A stretch of DNA of 64,000 bases. Source: a bacterium (GTDB taxonomy: Bacteria > Planctomycetota > JAFGQW01). This document shows positions 8,013 to 18,304 of the stretch, in pieces. Made by a program: the position numbers and the translations under genes. Position 1 is the stretch's first letter, and the number at the start of each line of letters is the position of its first letter. Below the pieces are notes generated by a model. The model saw only the letters and a list, made by a program, of their open reading frames with translations, searched no databases and was not told the DNA's origin. The stretch spans positions 46,792 through 110,791 of the forward strand of contig JAUHXU010000004.1 in assembly GCA_030426805.1 (NCBI GenBank), written 5' to 3'.

Positions 8013-9296
8013 GTGTCCCGAACCAAGACCCCGCCCCCGACGAGCCGCTCGATCGCGCGTGCCCTCGGCTGGGCGCGCGGACGGGCCGTGCGCCGTCGCT
8101 CCCGCCGGCTCTTCCTCGGCGGCCTGTGCGGCGTCCTGGGCCTGGTTTGCGCCGCGGCGCTCTGGACGGACTGGTCGACCGTGCGGCTCGCGATCGTCGG
8201 CGGCGGGGCGGCGCTGGGTGCGGGGGCGCTCGCCTGGGCCGTGGCGCGGGCGTGGCCGCTGCCCTCGGCGCTCGCGGCCCGGGTCGCCGACCGCGGCCTC
8301 GCCCTCGGCGACCGCCTCCTCACCGGGCTCGACCCGGCGGCGGCCGGCCCGTTCGCCGGGGTCGTGCGCGGTGAGCTCGACGCCCGCCTGGGCGACGACC
8401 GGCTGGTCCCGACCGGCACCGTCACCCGATCTCCGCGCTGGCTGCGACGGTGGCGGCTTCACCTGTTGATCGCGCTGTTGCTCGTGTTGCTGTTCTCGCT
8501 GCACGGTGTGTTCGGTCCCGGCCTCCGGTTGCGACCGGGCGGCGCGGGTGGCGATCGCACGGTGCCGGCGACCGTCGGCGGCGTCGAAGCGACGCTCGAA
8601 CTCGCGATCGACGCGGGCGCCTCGAACCCGTTCGCCCGCGGCGCGCCGATTCCGGTGCGCGTGCGGTTGCGCGGGGGCGCCGGTGCGGTGCGGCCGCTGC
8701 GCGTCCGGATCGACGAGGCGTCGCCGCTCGCGCTCGCGCAGTCGATCGGCCCGGATGGCGACATCGCGTTCGACCTGGGACCGGCGTTTCGACGCACGGG
8801 CCGGGAGCAGACCGGTCGCCACGTCGTGCGGGCGTTCATCGAGGCCGACGACGGCCGACGCCTCGAGTCCGATCCGCTCGAGATCGTCATCGGCGACGGC
8901 AGCGGTGACGGCGGCGGCGCGGGGGGGGAGTCCGAACAGTCCGACACCCCCGACGCGGCGGACCGTCCGAAGGACGAGCCGGCCCGCGAAGAGCCGTCGA
9001 ACCAGCCCCCGCCGATGGGGGCGCCCGAGCGCGTCGAGATCGTGCGCCGCCCGTTCTTCGTCGCGCCACTCGTCGATGAGAACGGCGACATCGTCGACGG
9101 CGAGCGCTGGACCCTCGAGTACCTGACCGGCGGCGGTCGTTCGGCGCGTGCCGGCGGCGGCGACGGGCCGACCTCGCTGCGCGATCTCCTGCAGCGCTAC
9201 GAGCGGCAAGCCGAGCGCGCGATGGCCCGCGACGCGGTGCCGGCCCACTTGCGCGACGTCTACCGTCGCTACTTGCGCGAGTTGACACGCCGGTGA
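8013..9296 (+). CDS. hypothetical membrane protein (2-3 TM, acidic low-complexity tail), first gene of DUF58/BatA module
   Basis: TM helices LFLGGLCGVLGLVCAAAL and LHLLIALLLVLLFSL. Start taken at GTG 8013 rather than 7890 to avoid overlapping the convergent gene. Its stop overlaps the next start (GTGA). Confidence 0.45.
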   Translation: MSRTKTPPPTSRSIARALGWARGRAVRRRSRRLFLGGLCGVLGLVCAAALWTDWSTVRLAIVGGGAALGAGALAWAVARAWPLPSALAARVADRGLALGDRLLTGLDPAAAGPFAGVVRGELDARLGDDRLVPTGTVTRSPRWLRRWRLHLLIALLLVLLFSLHGVFGPGLRLRPGGAGGDRTVPATVGGVEATLELAIDAGASNPFARGAPIPVRVRLRGGAGAVRPLRVRIDEASPLALAQSIGPDGDIAFDLGPAFRRTGREQTGRHVVRAFIEADDGRRLESDPLEIVIGDGSGDGGGAGGESEQSDTPDAADRPKDEPAREEPSNQPPPMGAPERVEIVRRPFFVAPLVDENGDIVDGERWTLEYLTGGGRSARAGGGDGPTSLRDLLQRYERQAERAMARDAVPAHLRDVYRRYLRELTRR

Positions 9297-10168
9297 CGTG
9301 CGCGCTCCCGCAAGACGTGCTGCGCCTGCTCGACCGCAGCGAACTCGCGTTCGGCACCGTGCGGCGCGGGCGCATCGGAGGCGTGCGCGAGAGTGAGGCG
9401 CTCGGTGCCGGCACCGACTTTCACGACTACCGGCACTACGTCCCCGGCGACGACATGCGGTTTCTCGACTGGAACGCGCTCGGCCGACTCGGCGAGGCAC
9501 ACGTCAAGCGGTTCCGGCAGGACGAGACCGGGCGACTGACGCTGTTGATCGACCGGAGCGCATCGATGGCGGCCGACGCCGCGGCCGCGACGGCGCGCAC
9601 GATCGCCGCGGCCGTCGGCTACACCGGCCTCGCGACCGGCTACGACGTCGAACTCGCGCCGGTGCCGGGCGACGACGTGCGACTCGAGGGGAGTCGCTGG
9701 CGCGGTCGGGGCGCCGCCGGGCCGCTGTTCGAACAACTCGACGGACTCGGCTTCGGATCGCGCGTCGGCCTCGCGGATGCGCTCAACCGGACCGCCGGCA
9801 GTCGAGATCTCGGCTCGGTCGCGGTGCTCGTCACCGACTTCGCGGAACCGGGCGGCGCCGACCGCGTGCTGCGGATCTTCCGCACGCGCCGGTGTCGGGT
9901 CGCGGTCGTGCAGGTGCTGCATCCCGCGGTGATCCCGTCGCTCGGCTACCACGAGATCATCGACCCGGAGGTGCGCGAGGACACGCGCGTGCGGGTCCGT
10001 GTGACGCGCCGCGTGCAAGACGCGTTCCGCGCCCGCTTGGCGCGCTACCACGAGCACGTGCGGCTCCGCTGCCGGGCGTTCGACGTCCGCCACGCGGTGG
10101 TCGACGCCGGAACGGCTGCCGACCGTGCGCTCGTCGTCGCGCTGAAGGACGGGGGCGTGCTCCGGTGA
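9293..10168 (+). CDS. DUF58 domain protein (vWA-like, MoxR-associated family)
   Basis: The motif GTDFHDYRHYVPGDDMRFLDWNALGRL is the hallmark of DUF58. GTG start overlaps the upstream stop. Confidence 0.75.
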   Translation: MTCALPQDVLRLLDRSELAFGTVRRGRIGGVRESEALGAGTDFHDYRHYVPGDDMRFLDWNALGRLGEAHVKRFRQDETGRLTLLIDRSASMAADAAAATARTIAAAVGYTGLATGYDVELAPVPGDDVRLEGSRWRGRGAAGPLFEQLDGLGFGSRVGLADALNRTAGSRDLGSVAVLVTDFAEPGGADRVLRIFRTRRCRVAVVQVLHPAVIPSLGYHEIIDPEVREDTRVRVRVTRRVQDAFRARLARYHEHVRLRCRAFDVRHAVVDAGTAADRALVVALKDGGVLR

Positions 10169-11883
10169 TCTTCCGCGCGCCCGAGGCGCTGGCCATGCTC
10201 GCCCTCGTCGTTCCGGTCGTCCTCCTCTACGTCGTGCGGGCGCGCCGTCGTGCGATGCAGGACCCGTTTCAGTTTCTGTGGGTCGGCCTGGCCCGCGAGC
10301 GACCGCGCTGGGGCCGGTTGCACCGTTGGCTGGAACTCGCACTCGTGACGATCGCGCTCGCGGCGATGGTCGTCGGGCTCGCTCGACCGGTCACGCCGAC
10401 GTCCGAGGCGCCGCCGCGCGTGCGGATCGTCGCGATCGCCGAGCCGAGCGCGGATGCGCTCGATCGTGCACGGGCGCTCGTCGCCGCGCTCGGTCCGGGC
10501 GAGACGGCGGCCGTCGTCGTCTCCTCGATCGACGGCGCTCGGGTCGCGTTGCCTCCGACGGGGGCGCCGGTGGCTCGGGACGCGTTCGACGTCGACCCGA
10601 CCGCGCCGCGGGATCGTGCCGCGGTCGCGGGGTCGGCCGCGAGGATCGCCGACGCGTTCGCGGGCGCGGAGGTGCATTGGCTCGACACCGGCGTCGAGGC
10701 GCTCTCGTTGCCCCGCGGTTGGCGAGGGCACGCGGTCGCACCGCGCGGGCTGCGCCTGGCGATCGAGGACGTGCAGCGCGCGGCCGACGGTCGGGTCTCG
10801 GCGCGCCTCGTCAACCGTGGCGCCGATCGCTGGCGCGGCCCGTTCCGCGCGACGCTCGGTGACCGGACGCTCGCCGAGGAACTCGTCGAACTCGACCCGA
10901 ACGCCGAGCGGTCGATCGCGTTCGCGGTCGACCCGATGGCCCGTGGGATCGTGCGGCTCGCACTGGCCGACATCGATGCGGTGCTCGCGTTGCCGAATGC
11001 GCGACCGGCGCGGATCGCGGTCGTCGCGCGCGGGGGGGCCGCGTCCTACGTCGGCCGGCTGCTCGCGTGTTTCGACCCGGTCGTCGATCCCGACGGAACC
11101 GTGCTGATCGCCCCGGATCGCGTCGACCGCGTCACGCGGGACGCGTTCGATTTCGCGCTGGTGCTGGGCCCCGCGCCGGCGACCGATCTTCCGGTGCCGG
11201 CGATCTACTTCGGCGCGCCGAATCCCCTCGTCTCGATCGACGCCGACGGCGACACGGGACCGATCCGCGTCACCGACGCCGCGCGGGATCACGCGCTGCT
11301 CGCCGCGGTCGACCTCGGGACCGTCGGGGCCCACCGCAGCGTCGCGTGTCGGGCGGCTGCCGGCGTCGCGGTGCTCGCGCGCGCCGAAGGACGGCCGGTC
11401 CTGTTTCACCGCCCGCCGGGCGCCGCGCCGGAAGCGCTCGCGTTCTCGTTTCGGCTACGTGACTCGAACCTGCTGTTCGAGCCGGCCCTCGTCGTGCTGA
11501 TCGCGAATGCGATCGAGCGGTGGGGGCCGACGGTCGTGGGCGGGGTCGCGGACGCACCGCTCTCGCTGCCGGTCGGCGCGTCGGTGCGCATCGCGCGGCG
11601 CGGCGACGACGGGCCGATCTGGTCCGGTCTCGAGGGCGACGGCTACCCGTTCCGGCCGCGCCGTGCCGGGCGCTTCGACGTGTCACTCGCGGATCGGGCG
11701 CTCGATGCGTGGGTCGCCCCGCGGTCGGGTGTCGCGGACGCGTCGACCGCCTGGGAGCGCCCTGCGGACCTCGCCGCGCCCCGGCCGCGGGACGGATGGC
11801 ACGAGCGAGCGCTCTGGCTCGCGTGGCTCGCCCTCGCGCTGCTGTGCCTCGAATGGGTGCTGTTCCACCGCGGCATCCTCTGA
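10165..11883 (+). CDS. BatA-like membrane protein (aerotolerance-regulator N-terminal domain)
   Basis: N-terminal MLALVVPVVLLYVVRARRR matches the BatA_N signature. C-terminal TM LWLAWLALALLCLEWVLF. GTGA overlap with DUF58 stop. Confidence 0.55.
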   Translation: MIFRAPEALAMLALVVPVVLLYVVRARRRAMQDPFQFLWVGLARERPRWGRLHRWLELALVTIALAAMVVGLARPVTPTSEAPPRVRIVAIAEPSADALDRARALVAALGPGETAAVVVSSIDGARVALPPTGAPVARDAFDVDPTAPRDRAAVAGSAARIADAFAGAEVHWLDTGVEALSLPRGWRGHAVAPRGLRLAIEDVQRAADGRVSARLVNRGADRWRGPFRATLGDRTLAEELVELDPNAERSIAFAVDPMARGIVRLALADIDAVLALPNARPARIAVVARGGAASYVGRLLACFDPVVDPDGTVLIAPDRVDRVTRDAFDFALVLGPAPATDLPVPAIYFGAPNPLVSIDADGDTGPIRVTDAARDHALLAAVDLGTVGAHRSVACRAAAGVAVLARAEGRPVLFHRPPGAAPEALAFSFRLRDSNLLFEPALVVLIANAIERWGPTVVGGVADAPLSLPVGASVRIARRGDDGPIWSGLEGDGYPFRPRRAGRFDVSLADRALDAWVAPRSGVADASTAWERPADLAAPRPRDGWHERALWLAWLALALLCLEWVLFHRGIL

Positions 11884-11970
11884 GCGAGCACGCGGCTTCG
11901 GCGTCCTTTGTCTCGCCGCGGGAAGCGTCCTACAACTACCAAATTCCACCGCCCCCGCTCCGGAGGTCGC

Positions 11971-13428
11971 ATGAGCCCCAAGATCCTCGGTGAAGCGTTC
12001 ACCTACGACGACGTGCTCGTCGTGCCGGCCTACTCCGACGTCGTGCCTACCGACGTCCGCACCGAGACGCGGTTCAGTCGCAACGTGACGACGCAGATCC
12101 CGCTCGCGTCGGCGGCGATGGACACGGTGACCGAGGCCGACCTCGCGATCGCACTCGCACAGGAGGGCGGCATCGGGATCATCCACAAGAACCTCGACGT
12201 CGAGGCGCAGGCGCGAGAGGTCGACAAGGTCAAGCGCTCGGCCAACGGCGTGATCCGCGACCCGGTCACGCTCGCACCGGACCAGACCGTCGCCGATGCC
12301 CAGTCGCTGATGGAGAAGCACAACGTCAGCGGCGTGCCGATCGTCGAGTCCGATCATCGACTGGTCGGGATCCTCACCTCGCGCGACCTGATGTTCCATC
12401 CGGCGCCGCAAACGCCGATCGCCGAGGTGATGACGAAGGGCTCGCTCGTCACGGCTCCGCCGGCGACGACGCTCGAGGACGCGCGCGACATCCTCCGCCG
12501 CAACAAGGTCGAGAAGCTCCTGCTGGTCGACGAGTCGGGCAAGCTCTCGGGGCTGATCACGATCAAGGACATCGACAAGCTCCGTCGCTACCCGCACGCG
12601 AGTCGGGACGACGGTGGGCGGCTCCGGGTCGGTGCGGCGTGCGGCGTCGGCGACTACGAGCGCGCCGAAGCGCTGATCGAGAACGCGGTCGACGTGCTGG
12701 TCGTCGACACGGCACACGGCCACTCGAAGAACGTCGTCGAGACGGTGCGCGCGCTGAAGCAGCGCCACGACATCGACGTCGTCGCCGGCAACGTCGCGAC
12801 GCCCGACGGCGTGAAGGCGCTGATCGAGGCGGGCGCCGACGGCGTCAAGGTCGGGATCGGACCGGGCGCGATCTGCACGACGCGCATCGTCGCCGGCGTC
12901 GGCGTGCCGCAGCTCTCGGCCGTGCTCGAATGCGCGGCCGCCGCGCAGCCGCACGACGTCCCGGTGATCGCCGACGGCGGCATTCGCCACTCGGGCGACG
13001 TCGTGAAGGCGCTCGTCGCCGGCGCGTCGTCGGTGATGCTCGGCAGCCTGCTCGCCGGCCTGTCCGAGAGCCCGGGCGACACGATTCTCTACCAGGGGCG
13101 CCGCTGCAAGGCGTTTCGGGGGATGGGTTCGCTCGGCGCGATGGTGCGCGGCTCGAAGGACCGTTACGGGCAGCGCGAGGTCGACGAGACCGACAAGCTC
13201 GTGCCGGAAGGCGTCGAGGGGATCGTGCCGCACAAGGGCCCGCTGTCCGACTTCGTCTACCAGCTCGTCGGCGGCGTTCGCGCCGGGATGGGCTACGTCG
13301 GCGCACGCACGATGAGCGATCTGCGCGAGCGCGGCCGCTTCATCCGGATCACCGGCGCCGCGATGCAGGAGAGCCACCCGCACGAGGTGACGATCACGAA
13401 GGAACCGCCGAACTACCGGATGAAGTAG
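11971..13428 (+). CDS. guaB: IMP dehydrogenase
   Basis: N-terminal [20 protein letters not shown] pair, and catalytic region [20 protein letters not shown]. Confidence 0.95.
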   Translation: MSPKILGEAFTYDDVLVVPAYSDVVPTDVRTETRFSRNVTTQIPLASAAMDTVTEADLAIALAQEGGIGIIHKNLDVEAQAREVDKVKRSANGVIRDPVTLAPDQTVADAQSLMEKHNVSGVPIVESDHRLVGILTSRDLMFHPAPQTPIAEVMTKGSLVTAPPATTLEDARDILRRNKVEKLLLVDESGKLSGLITIKDIDKLRRYPHASRDDGGRLRVGAACGVGDYERAEALIENAVDVLVVDTAHGHSKNVVETVRALKQRHDIDVVAGNVATPDGVKALIEAGADGVKVGIGPGAICTTRIVAGVGVPQLSAVLECAAAAQPHDVPVIADGGIRHSGDVVKALVAGASSVMLGSLLAGLSESPGDTILYQGRRCKAFRGMGSLGAMVRGSKDRYGQREVDETDKLVPEGVEGIVPHKGPLSDFVYQLVGGVRAGMGYVGARTMSDLRERGRFIRITGAAMQESHPHEVTITKEPPNYRMK

Positions 13429-13433
13429 CGACC

Positions 13434-14978
13434 ATGAGTGCACACGAACTCGTTCTCGTCCTCGACCTCGGGGCGCAATACACGCAGCTGATCGCGCGAC
13501 GCGTCCGCGAGGAGCGCGTCTATTGCGAGGTGCATCCGTGCACGATTTCGCTCGACGAGATCCGGGCGAAGAAGCCGGCGGGGCTGATCCTGTCCGGCGG
13601 TCCCGGCAGCGTATACACGGACCGCGCACCGACGGTCGACCCCGGCGTGTTCACGCTGGGCGTGCCGGTGCTCGGGATCTGCTACGGCCAGCAGCTGATG
13701 ACGAGCGCGCTCGGCGGCGAGGTCGCGTCGTCGGACGTGCGCGAGTTCGGCCACGCCGATCTCACCGTGAACGCGCCGAGCCCGCTCACCGAAGGCCTGC
13801 CCGACGCGTTTCGCGTGTGGATGAGCCACGGCGACAAGGTCGAGAAGCTCGCGCCGGGCTTCGTGCCACTCGCGAGCACACCGGACTGTCCGCTCGCGAT
13901 CGTCGGTGACACGGAGCGGCGGCTCTACGGGCTGCAGTTCCACCCGGAGGTCACGCACTCCGACCACGGCGCGGGGCTGTTCCGCAACTTCCTGCGCGGC
14001 ATCTGCGGGCTCACCGGCGACTGGGAGATGGCGACGTTCGTCGAAGAGGCGATCGCGCAGATCCGCGAACAGGTCGGCGACGGCCGCGTGATCTGCGGGC
14101 TGTCGGGCGGCGTCGATTCGTCGGTCGTCGCGCTCCTCGTGCACCGTGCAATCGGCGACCGGTTGCAGTGCATCTTCGTCGACAACGGGCTGTTGCGCAA
14201 AGACGAGGTCCGGATGGTCGACGAGACGTTCCGGCGTCACTACAAGATCCCGCTGACGACGGTGCGTGCCGCCGATCGCTTCCTCACCGCGCTCGCCGGC
14301 GAGACCGATCCCGAGACGAAGCGCAAGACGATCGGGCACATCTTCATCGACGTCTTCCGCGAGGAGGCCGAGCGCGTCGAGGGGGCGAAGTTCCTCGCGC
14401 AGGGCACGCTCTACCCCGACGTGATCGAGAGCGTCAGCGCGTTCGGCGGCCCGACCGCGGTGATCAAGAGCCACCACAACGTCGGCGGGTTGCCGGAGCA
14501 ACTCGGCTTCGACCTGGTCGAGCCACTGCGCTTCCTGTTCAAAGACGAGGTGCGCGAGGTCGGCCGAGTGCTCGGCCTGCCCGAGCAGTTCGTGATGCGT
14601 CAGCCGTTCCCGGGACCGGGCCTCGCGGTGCGGATCCCGACCGCGATCACCGCCGACGACGTCGCGATCCTTCAGGACGCCGACGCGATCCTCCGCGAGG
14701 AGATCGAGGCGGCCGGGCTCGAGCGCGTCTACTGGCAATACTTCGCGGTGTTGCTGCCGGTGCGAAGCGTCGGCGTGATGGGCGACAACCGGACCTACGA
14801 GCAGGCGGTGGGGCTCCGGCTGATCGAGAGCACCGACGGCATGACCGCCGACTGGGGCTACCCGCCGCGCGACGTGCTGCGAAAGATCTCCAACCGGATC
14901 ATCAACGAGGTCCGCGGCGTGAACCGCGTCGTCCTCGACATCTCGAGCAAGCCGCCCGCGACGATCGAATGGGAATAG
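13434..14978 (+). CDS. guaA: GMP synthase (glutamine-hydrolysing)
   Basis: GATase domain with [10 protein letters not shown], then the ATP-PPase SGGVDSSV motif. Lies 5 bp after guaB. Confidence 0.95.
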   Translation: MSAHELVLVLDLGAQYTQLIARRVREERVYCEVHPCTISLDEIRAKKPAGLILSGGPGSVYTDRAPTVDPGVFTLGVPVLGICYGQQLMTSALGGEVASSDVREFGHADLTVNAPSPLTEGLPDAFRVWMSHGDKVEKLAPGFVPLASTPDCPLAIVGDTERRLYGLQFHPEVTHSDHGAGLFRNFLRGICGLTGDWEMATFVEEAIAQIREQVGDGRVICGLSGGVDSSVVALLVHRAIGDRLQCIFVDNGLLRKDEVRMVDETFRRHYKIPLTTVRAADRFLTALAGETDPETKRKTIGHIFIDVFREEAERVEGAKFLAQGTLYPDVIESVSAFGGPTAVIKSHHNVGGLPEQLGFDLVEPLRFLFKDEVREVGRVLGLPEQFVMRQPFPGPGLAVRIPTAITADDVAILQDADAILREEIEAAGLERVYWQYFAVLLPVRSVGVMGDNRTYEQAVGLRLIESTDGMTADWGYPPRDVLRKISNRIINEVRGVNRVVLDISSKPPATIEWE

Positions 14979-15037
14979 CGGCGCTTCGCGTCGCGAAACC
15001 GATGCGTCGGCGGGACAGGGGGCGAGGAGGATCCGTG

Positions 15038-17095
15038 ATGGCTCGTACCGTTGGACCGGCTTGGCTCGCCGCGACCGCGCTCCTGATCGCCGCGTCCGGA
15101 ACCACGCAAGACGATCGACCCGATCCGAAACCGGATCCGCGTGCGCTCGAGGAGTTCGACGCGAACGGCGACGGCAAGCTCGATGCGAGCGAGCGACGTC
15201 GGATGCGGTGGCGCGAACGGTTCGGTCGACGCGGCGGTGACGGCCGCCGCGGGCAGGGCCGGGGGCCCGGCGGCCCGCGCGCGACGAAGACCGCGGTCGC
15301 CGAGCGCTTCGACGCCGACGGCAACGGCTGGCTCGACCGCGCCGAACGCGACAAGGCGCGAGCCTGGGTGGCCGAGAACGTTCGCCGACGTGGTCCCGGT
15401 GGCCCCGGTGGTCGCGGTCCCGGTGGCGGGGGCCCCGGCGGGCGGGAGGAGGTCTCCGACGAGCCGCCGATCGAGCCCGAGCGGCTCGCGCCGGACGGCG
15501 TCACCGCCTACCGCGATCGTGGTCTCTACGAACCGACCGTCGTCCGCACGCTCTTTCTCGACTTCGCGCACGACGACTGGGCGGACGAGCTCACCGCGTT
15601 CTACCGCACCGACGTCGAGGTGCCGGCGACGCTGACGATCGACGGCGAGCGCTTCGAGCGCGTCGGCGTCCGCTTTCGCGGCAACTCGTCGTTCTTCACG
15701 GTGGCCGCCGACCGCAAGCGATCGCTCAACGTGTCGGTCGACTTCACGCATCCGGGGCGAGGGTTGCACGGCCACCGCACGCTGAACTTGCTCAATGCGC
15801 ACACCGACCCGTCGTTCCTGCGGAGCTTCCTCTTCGCGCGCGTCGCATCGGACTACGTGCCGGCTCTGCAGGCGAACTTCGTCAAGGTCGTGATCAACGG
15901 CAAGAGCCACGGCATCCACGTCAACGTCGAGCAGTTCAACAAGGACTTCCTCGCGCGGGCGTACGGCACACGCAAGGGTGTCCGCTGGAAGGTCCCGCCG
16001 AACTTCGGCGGCGACGGCGGGTTGCGCTGGCTCGGTGAGGATCTCGCACCCTACCGCGCCGCGTACGCGCTGAAGACCGGAAGCGCGGGCGACGACGCAT
16101 GGCAGCGGCTCGTCGCGTTGTGCCGGATGCTCCACGAAGCGTCGGCCGAGGCACTCGAGCGTGAGTTGCCGTCGATCCTCGCGGTCGACGAAGCGCTGTG
16201 GGCGCTTGCGATCGACAACGTCCTGATGGACGCCGACGGCTACCACAGCCGCGCGAGCGACTACAACCTCTACCTCGACCCGGACGGCCGCTTCCACGTG
16301 ATCGCCCACGACAACAACGAGACGTTTCGCCTGCGCGCGGACGGCCCGGGTGGTCCGCGCGGTCGGCGCCGGGCGCCCGCGGGGGACGCACCGGAGCCCG
16401 ACCTCGCACCGGACATGACGCCACGCGAGCGCCTGCGTGCCCGACTGCGCGCACGCGGGGTCGGCGGGAGCGGCGGGGCCGGCTGGTCGCCGCTCGAGCA
16501 CGCCGACACCGACGAACGGCCGTTGATCCGCCGCTTGCTCGCGGTGCCCGCGTGGCGTGCGCGCTACCTGCACCACGTGAAGACGATCGCCGAGCGGTCG
16601 CTCGACTGGGCGTGGCTCGAACCGATCGCACGGGACGCGCACGACCGGATCGCCGACGACGTCGCGCGGGATCCACGCCGGCTCTACTCGCTCGCGGCGT
16701 TTCGCACGAGCCTCGACGGGACGTCGGGCGGCCGCACGCCGTCGATCGAGCACTTCGCGTCCCGGCGCCGCGCGTTTCTGCTCGGTCACGCGTCGCTCGC
16801 CGGGCCGTGGCCGACGATCGAGCGAGTCGCCGTGGACGGCGGTGCAGACGGGCGTGTCGCGTTCACGGCTCGCGTCGATGGCGAGCGCGCGATCGCGTCC
16901 GTGCGCCTGTGGGTGCGCGCGACCGCGCGAGCCCCGTTCGAGCGCGTCGCGATGACGCGAGCGGACGGTGTCTGGCGCGCCGCCGTCGCGCACGATCGCG
17001 TGCGCGACTACTACGTCGAGGCGATCGACGAGGGCGGTCGCGCGGCATACGCACCGCGACTCGCCGACGCGGCGCCGTCGACGCTCCCGGAGTAG
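15038..17095 (+). CDS. CotH-like (atypical kinase fold) secreted protein with two EF-hand-like Ca-binding motifs and Gly/Pro-rich linker
   Basis: Signal peptide MARTVGPAWLAATALLIAASG. DANGDGKLDASE and DADGNGWLDRAE fit DxDxDG loops. The CotH-type core reads AVDEALWALAIDNVLMDADGYHSRASDYNLYLDPDGRFHVIAHDNNETF. RBS GAGGAGG upstream. Confidence 0.6.
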   Translation: MARTVGPAWLAATALLIAASGTTQDDRPDPKPDPRALEEFDANGDGKLDASERRRMRWRERFGRRGGDGRRGQGRGPGGPRATKTAVAERFDADGNGWLDRAERDKARAWVAENVRRRGPGGPGGRGPGGGGPGGREEVSDEPPIEPERLAPDGVTAYRDRGLYEPTVVRTLFLDFAHDDWADELTAFYRTDVEVPATLTIDGERFERVGVRFRGNSSFFTVAADRKRSLNVSVDFTHPGRGLHGHRTLNLLNAHTDPSFLRSFLFARVASDYVPALQANFVKVVINGKSHGIHVNVEQFNKDFLARAYGTRKGVRWKVPPNFGGDGGLRWLGEDLAPYRAAYALKTGSAGDDAWQRLVALCRMLHEASAEALERELPSILAVDEALWALAIDNVLMDADGYHSRASDYNLYLDPDGRFHVIAHDNNETFRLRADGPGGPRGRRRAPAGDAPEPDLAPDMTPRERLRARLRARGVGGSGGAGWSPLEHADTDERPLIRRLLAVPAWRARYLHHVKTIAERSLDWAWLEPIARDAHDRIADDVARDPRRLYSLAAFRTSLDGTSGGRTPSIEHFASRRRAFLLGHASLAGPWPTIERVAVDGGADGRVAFTARVDGERAIASVRLWVRATARAPFERVAMTRADGVWRAAVAHDRVRDYYVEAIDEGGRAAYAPRLADAAPSTLPE

Positions 17096-17101
17096 GACGC
17101 C

Positions 17102-18304
17102 CTACACGCGGCCGAGCGCGTCGCGCAGCGCGGCTGCGAGCCACGCGATGTGCTCCGGTCGGTGGTCCGCGCGTACGGTCCAGCGCACGAGTTCGCCGCG
17201 GTCGGCCGCCGGGTAGACGAAGGGCGCGAGGAACACGCCGTGTGCGCGGCCGCACGCGTCGACCGCTTCGGCGCGCGGCGCGTCGATCGCGAAGATCGGG
17301 ACCGGCGAACCGCCGGTCCCGATGCCGACCCGCGAGCACGCGGCGTGCACGCGCATCACGTTCGTCCGCAGCCGCTCGACGCGGTCGGGTTCGTCGACGA
17401 CGATCGCGAGTGCCGTGCGGGCCGCGACCGCGAGTGCCGGCGCGAGCGCGGTGCTCGCGCGGTAGGCGTGGCTGTGGTCGCGCACCGCATCGCACAGCGC
17501 ACGGTCACCGGCGACGTAGCCGCCGTGCGCGCCGAGCGCCTTGCTGTAGACGCCGGTGCGGCAGGTCCGTACCGGGTCGATGCCCGCGTGCTCGAACACG
17601 CCGCGCCCCTCCGGGCCGATCGTGCCGATCGCGTGCGCCTCGTCGACGACGAGGATGCCGTCGTCGCCGACCGCATCGAGCAGGTCCGCGACCGGTGCGA
17701 TCGCGCCGTCGACCGCGAACACGCCGTCGGTGATCAGCCCCGCCCGCCCGTCCCGGGCTCGCGCGAGGCGGCGCGCGTCGTCCGCGTCGCGATGGCGGAA
17801 GTGCTCGACCGGCTTGCGCGACTGCCGGAGCGCGACGGCGATGCTCGGGTGCGCGTTCGCGTCGCACAACCAGTGGTCGACCCGGTCGTCGAGCACTTCC
17901 ACCGCGGCGAGGTTCGCGAGGAAGCCGGCGGGCAGGCTCAGGCACGCCTCGACGCCGAGGAACGCCGCCGTGTCGCGCTCGAGCGCGACGTGCGGCGCGA
18001 GCCGGCCGGTCGTGACCGGCGATGCGCTCGCACTCGTTCCAAACGCGGCGAGCGCGTCGCGTGCGGCGTCGACGACGCGCGAGTCCCCGGCCAACCCGAG
18101 GTAGTTCGTCCCCGTGAACGCGACGAGTTCGCTGCCGTCGACGAGGGTGGTGGGGCCGGCCGGCACGGTCAGCGCCCGAGTCGCTGGCGCCAGGCCCAGC
18201 GGTAGAGGTTGCGGCTGTCGACGTAGCGCGCCGCCGACGATTGTGCACCGAGCACGACGAGCAACAGCCGTTTGCCGTCGCGCTCCGACATCGACGCGAG
18301 GCAC
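17102..18304 (-). CDS. alpha-oxoamine synthase family PLP enzyme (8-amino-7-oxononanoate synthase BioF-like)
   Basis: N-terminus VGARRQTAVARRAR...LVDGSELVAFTGTNYLGL parallels the BioF region ending ...NFSSNDYLGL. PLP-lysine region reads GVYSKALGAHGGY. The only in-frame start is GTG at 18304, which overlaps the upstream gene's 3' end by ~136 bp. Confidence 0.6.
   Translation of the reverse strand: MPRVDVGARRQTAVARRARCTIVGGALRRQPQPLPLGLAPATRALTVPAGPTTLVDGSELVAFTGTNYLGLAGDSRVVDAARDALAAFGTSASASPVTTGRLAPHVALERDTAAFLGVEACLSLPAGFLANLAAVEVLDDRVDHWLCDANAHPSIAVALRQSRKPVEHFRHRDADDARRLARARDGRAGLITDGVFAVDGAIAPVADLLDAVGDDGILVVDEAHAIGTIGPEGRGVFEHAGIDPVRTCRTGVYSKALGAHGGYVAGDRALCDAVRDHSHAYRASTALAPALAVAARTALAIVVDEPDRVERLRTNVMRVHAACSRVGIGTGGSPVPIFAIDAPRAEAVDACGRAHGVFLAPFVYPAADRGELVRWTVRADHRPEHIAWLAAALRDALGRV

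Noticed and set aside
12639-13433. N-terminal extension of the guaA frame (ORF 12639..14978) overlapping guaB
   Set aside because: GuaA homology starts at [13 protein letters not shown] (ATG 13434). The upstream part is an out-of-frame reading of guaB.
14168-15037. Upstream extension of the CotH-like ORF overlapping guaA
   Set aside because: The signal peptide and RBS define the start at 15038. The extension is Arg-rich and overlaps the guaA coding frame.
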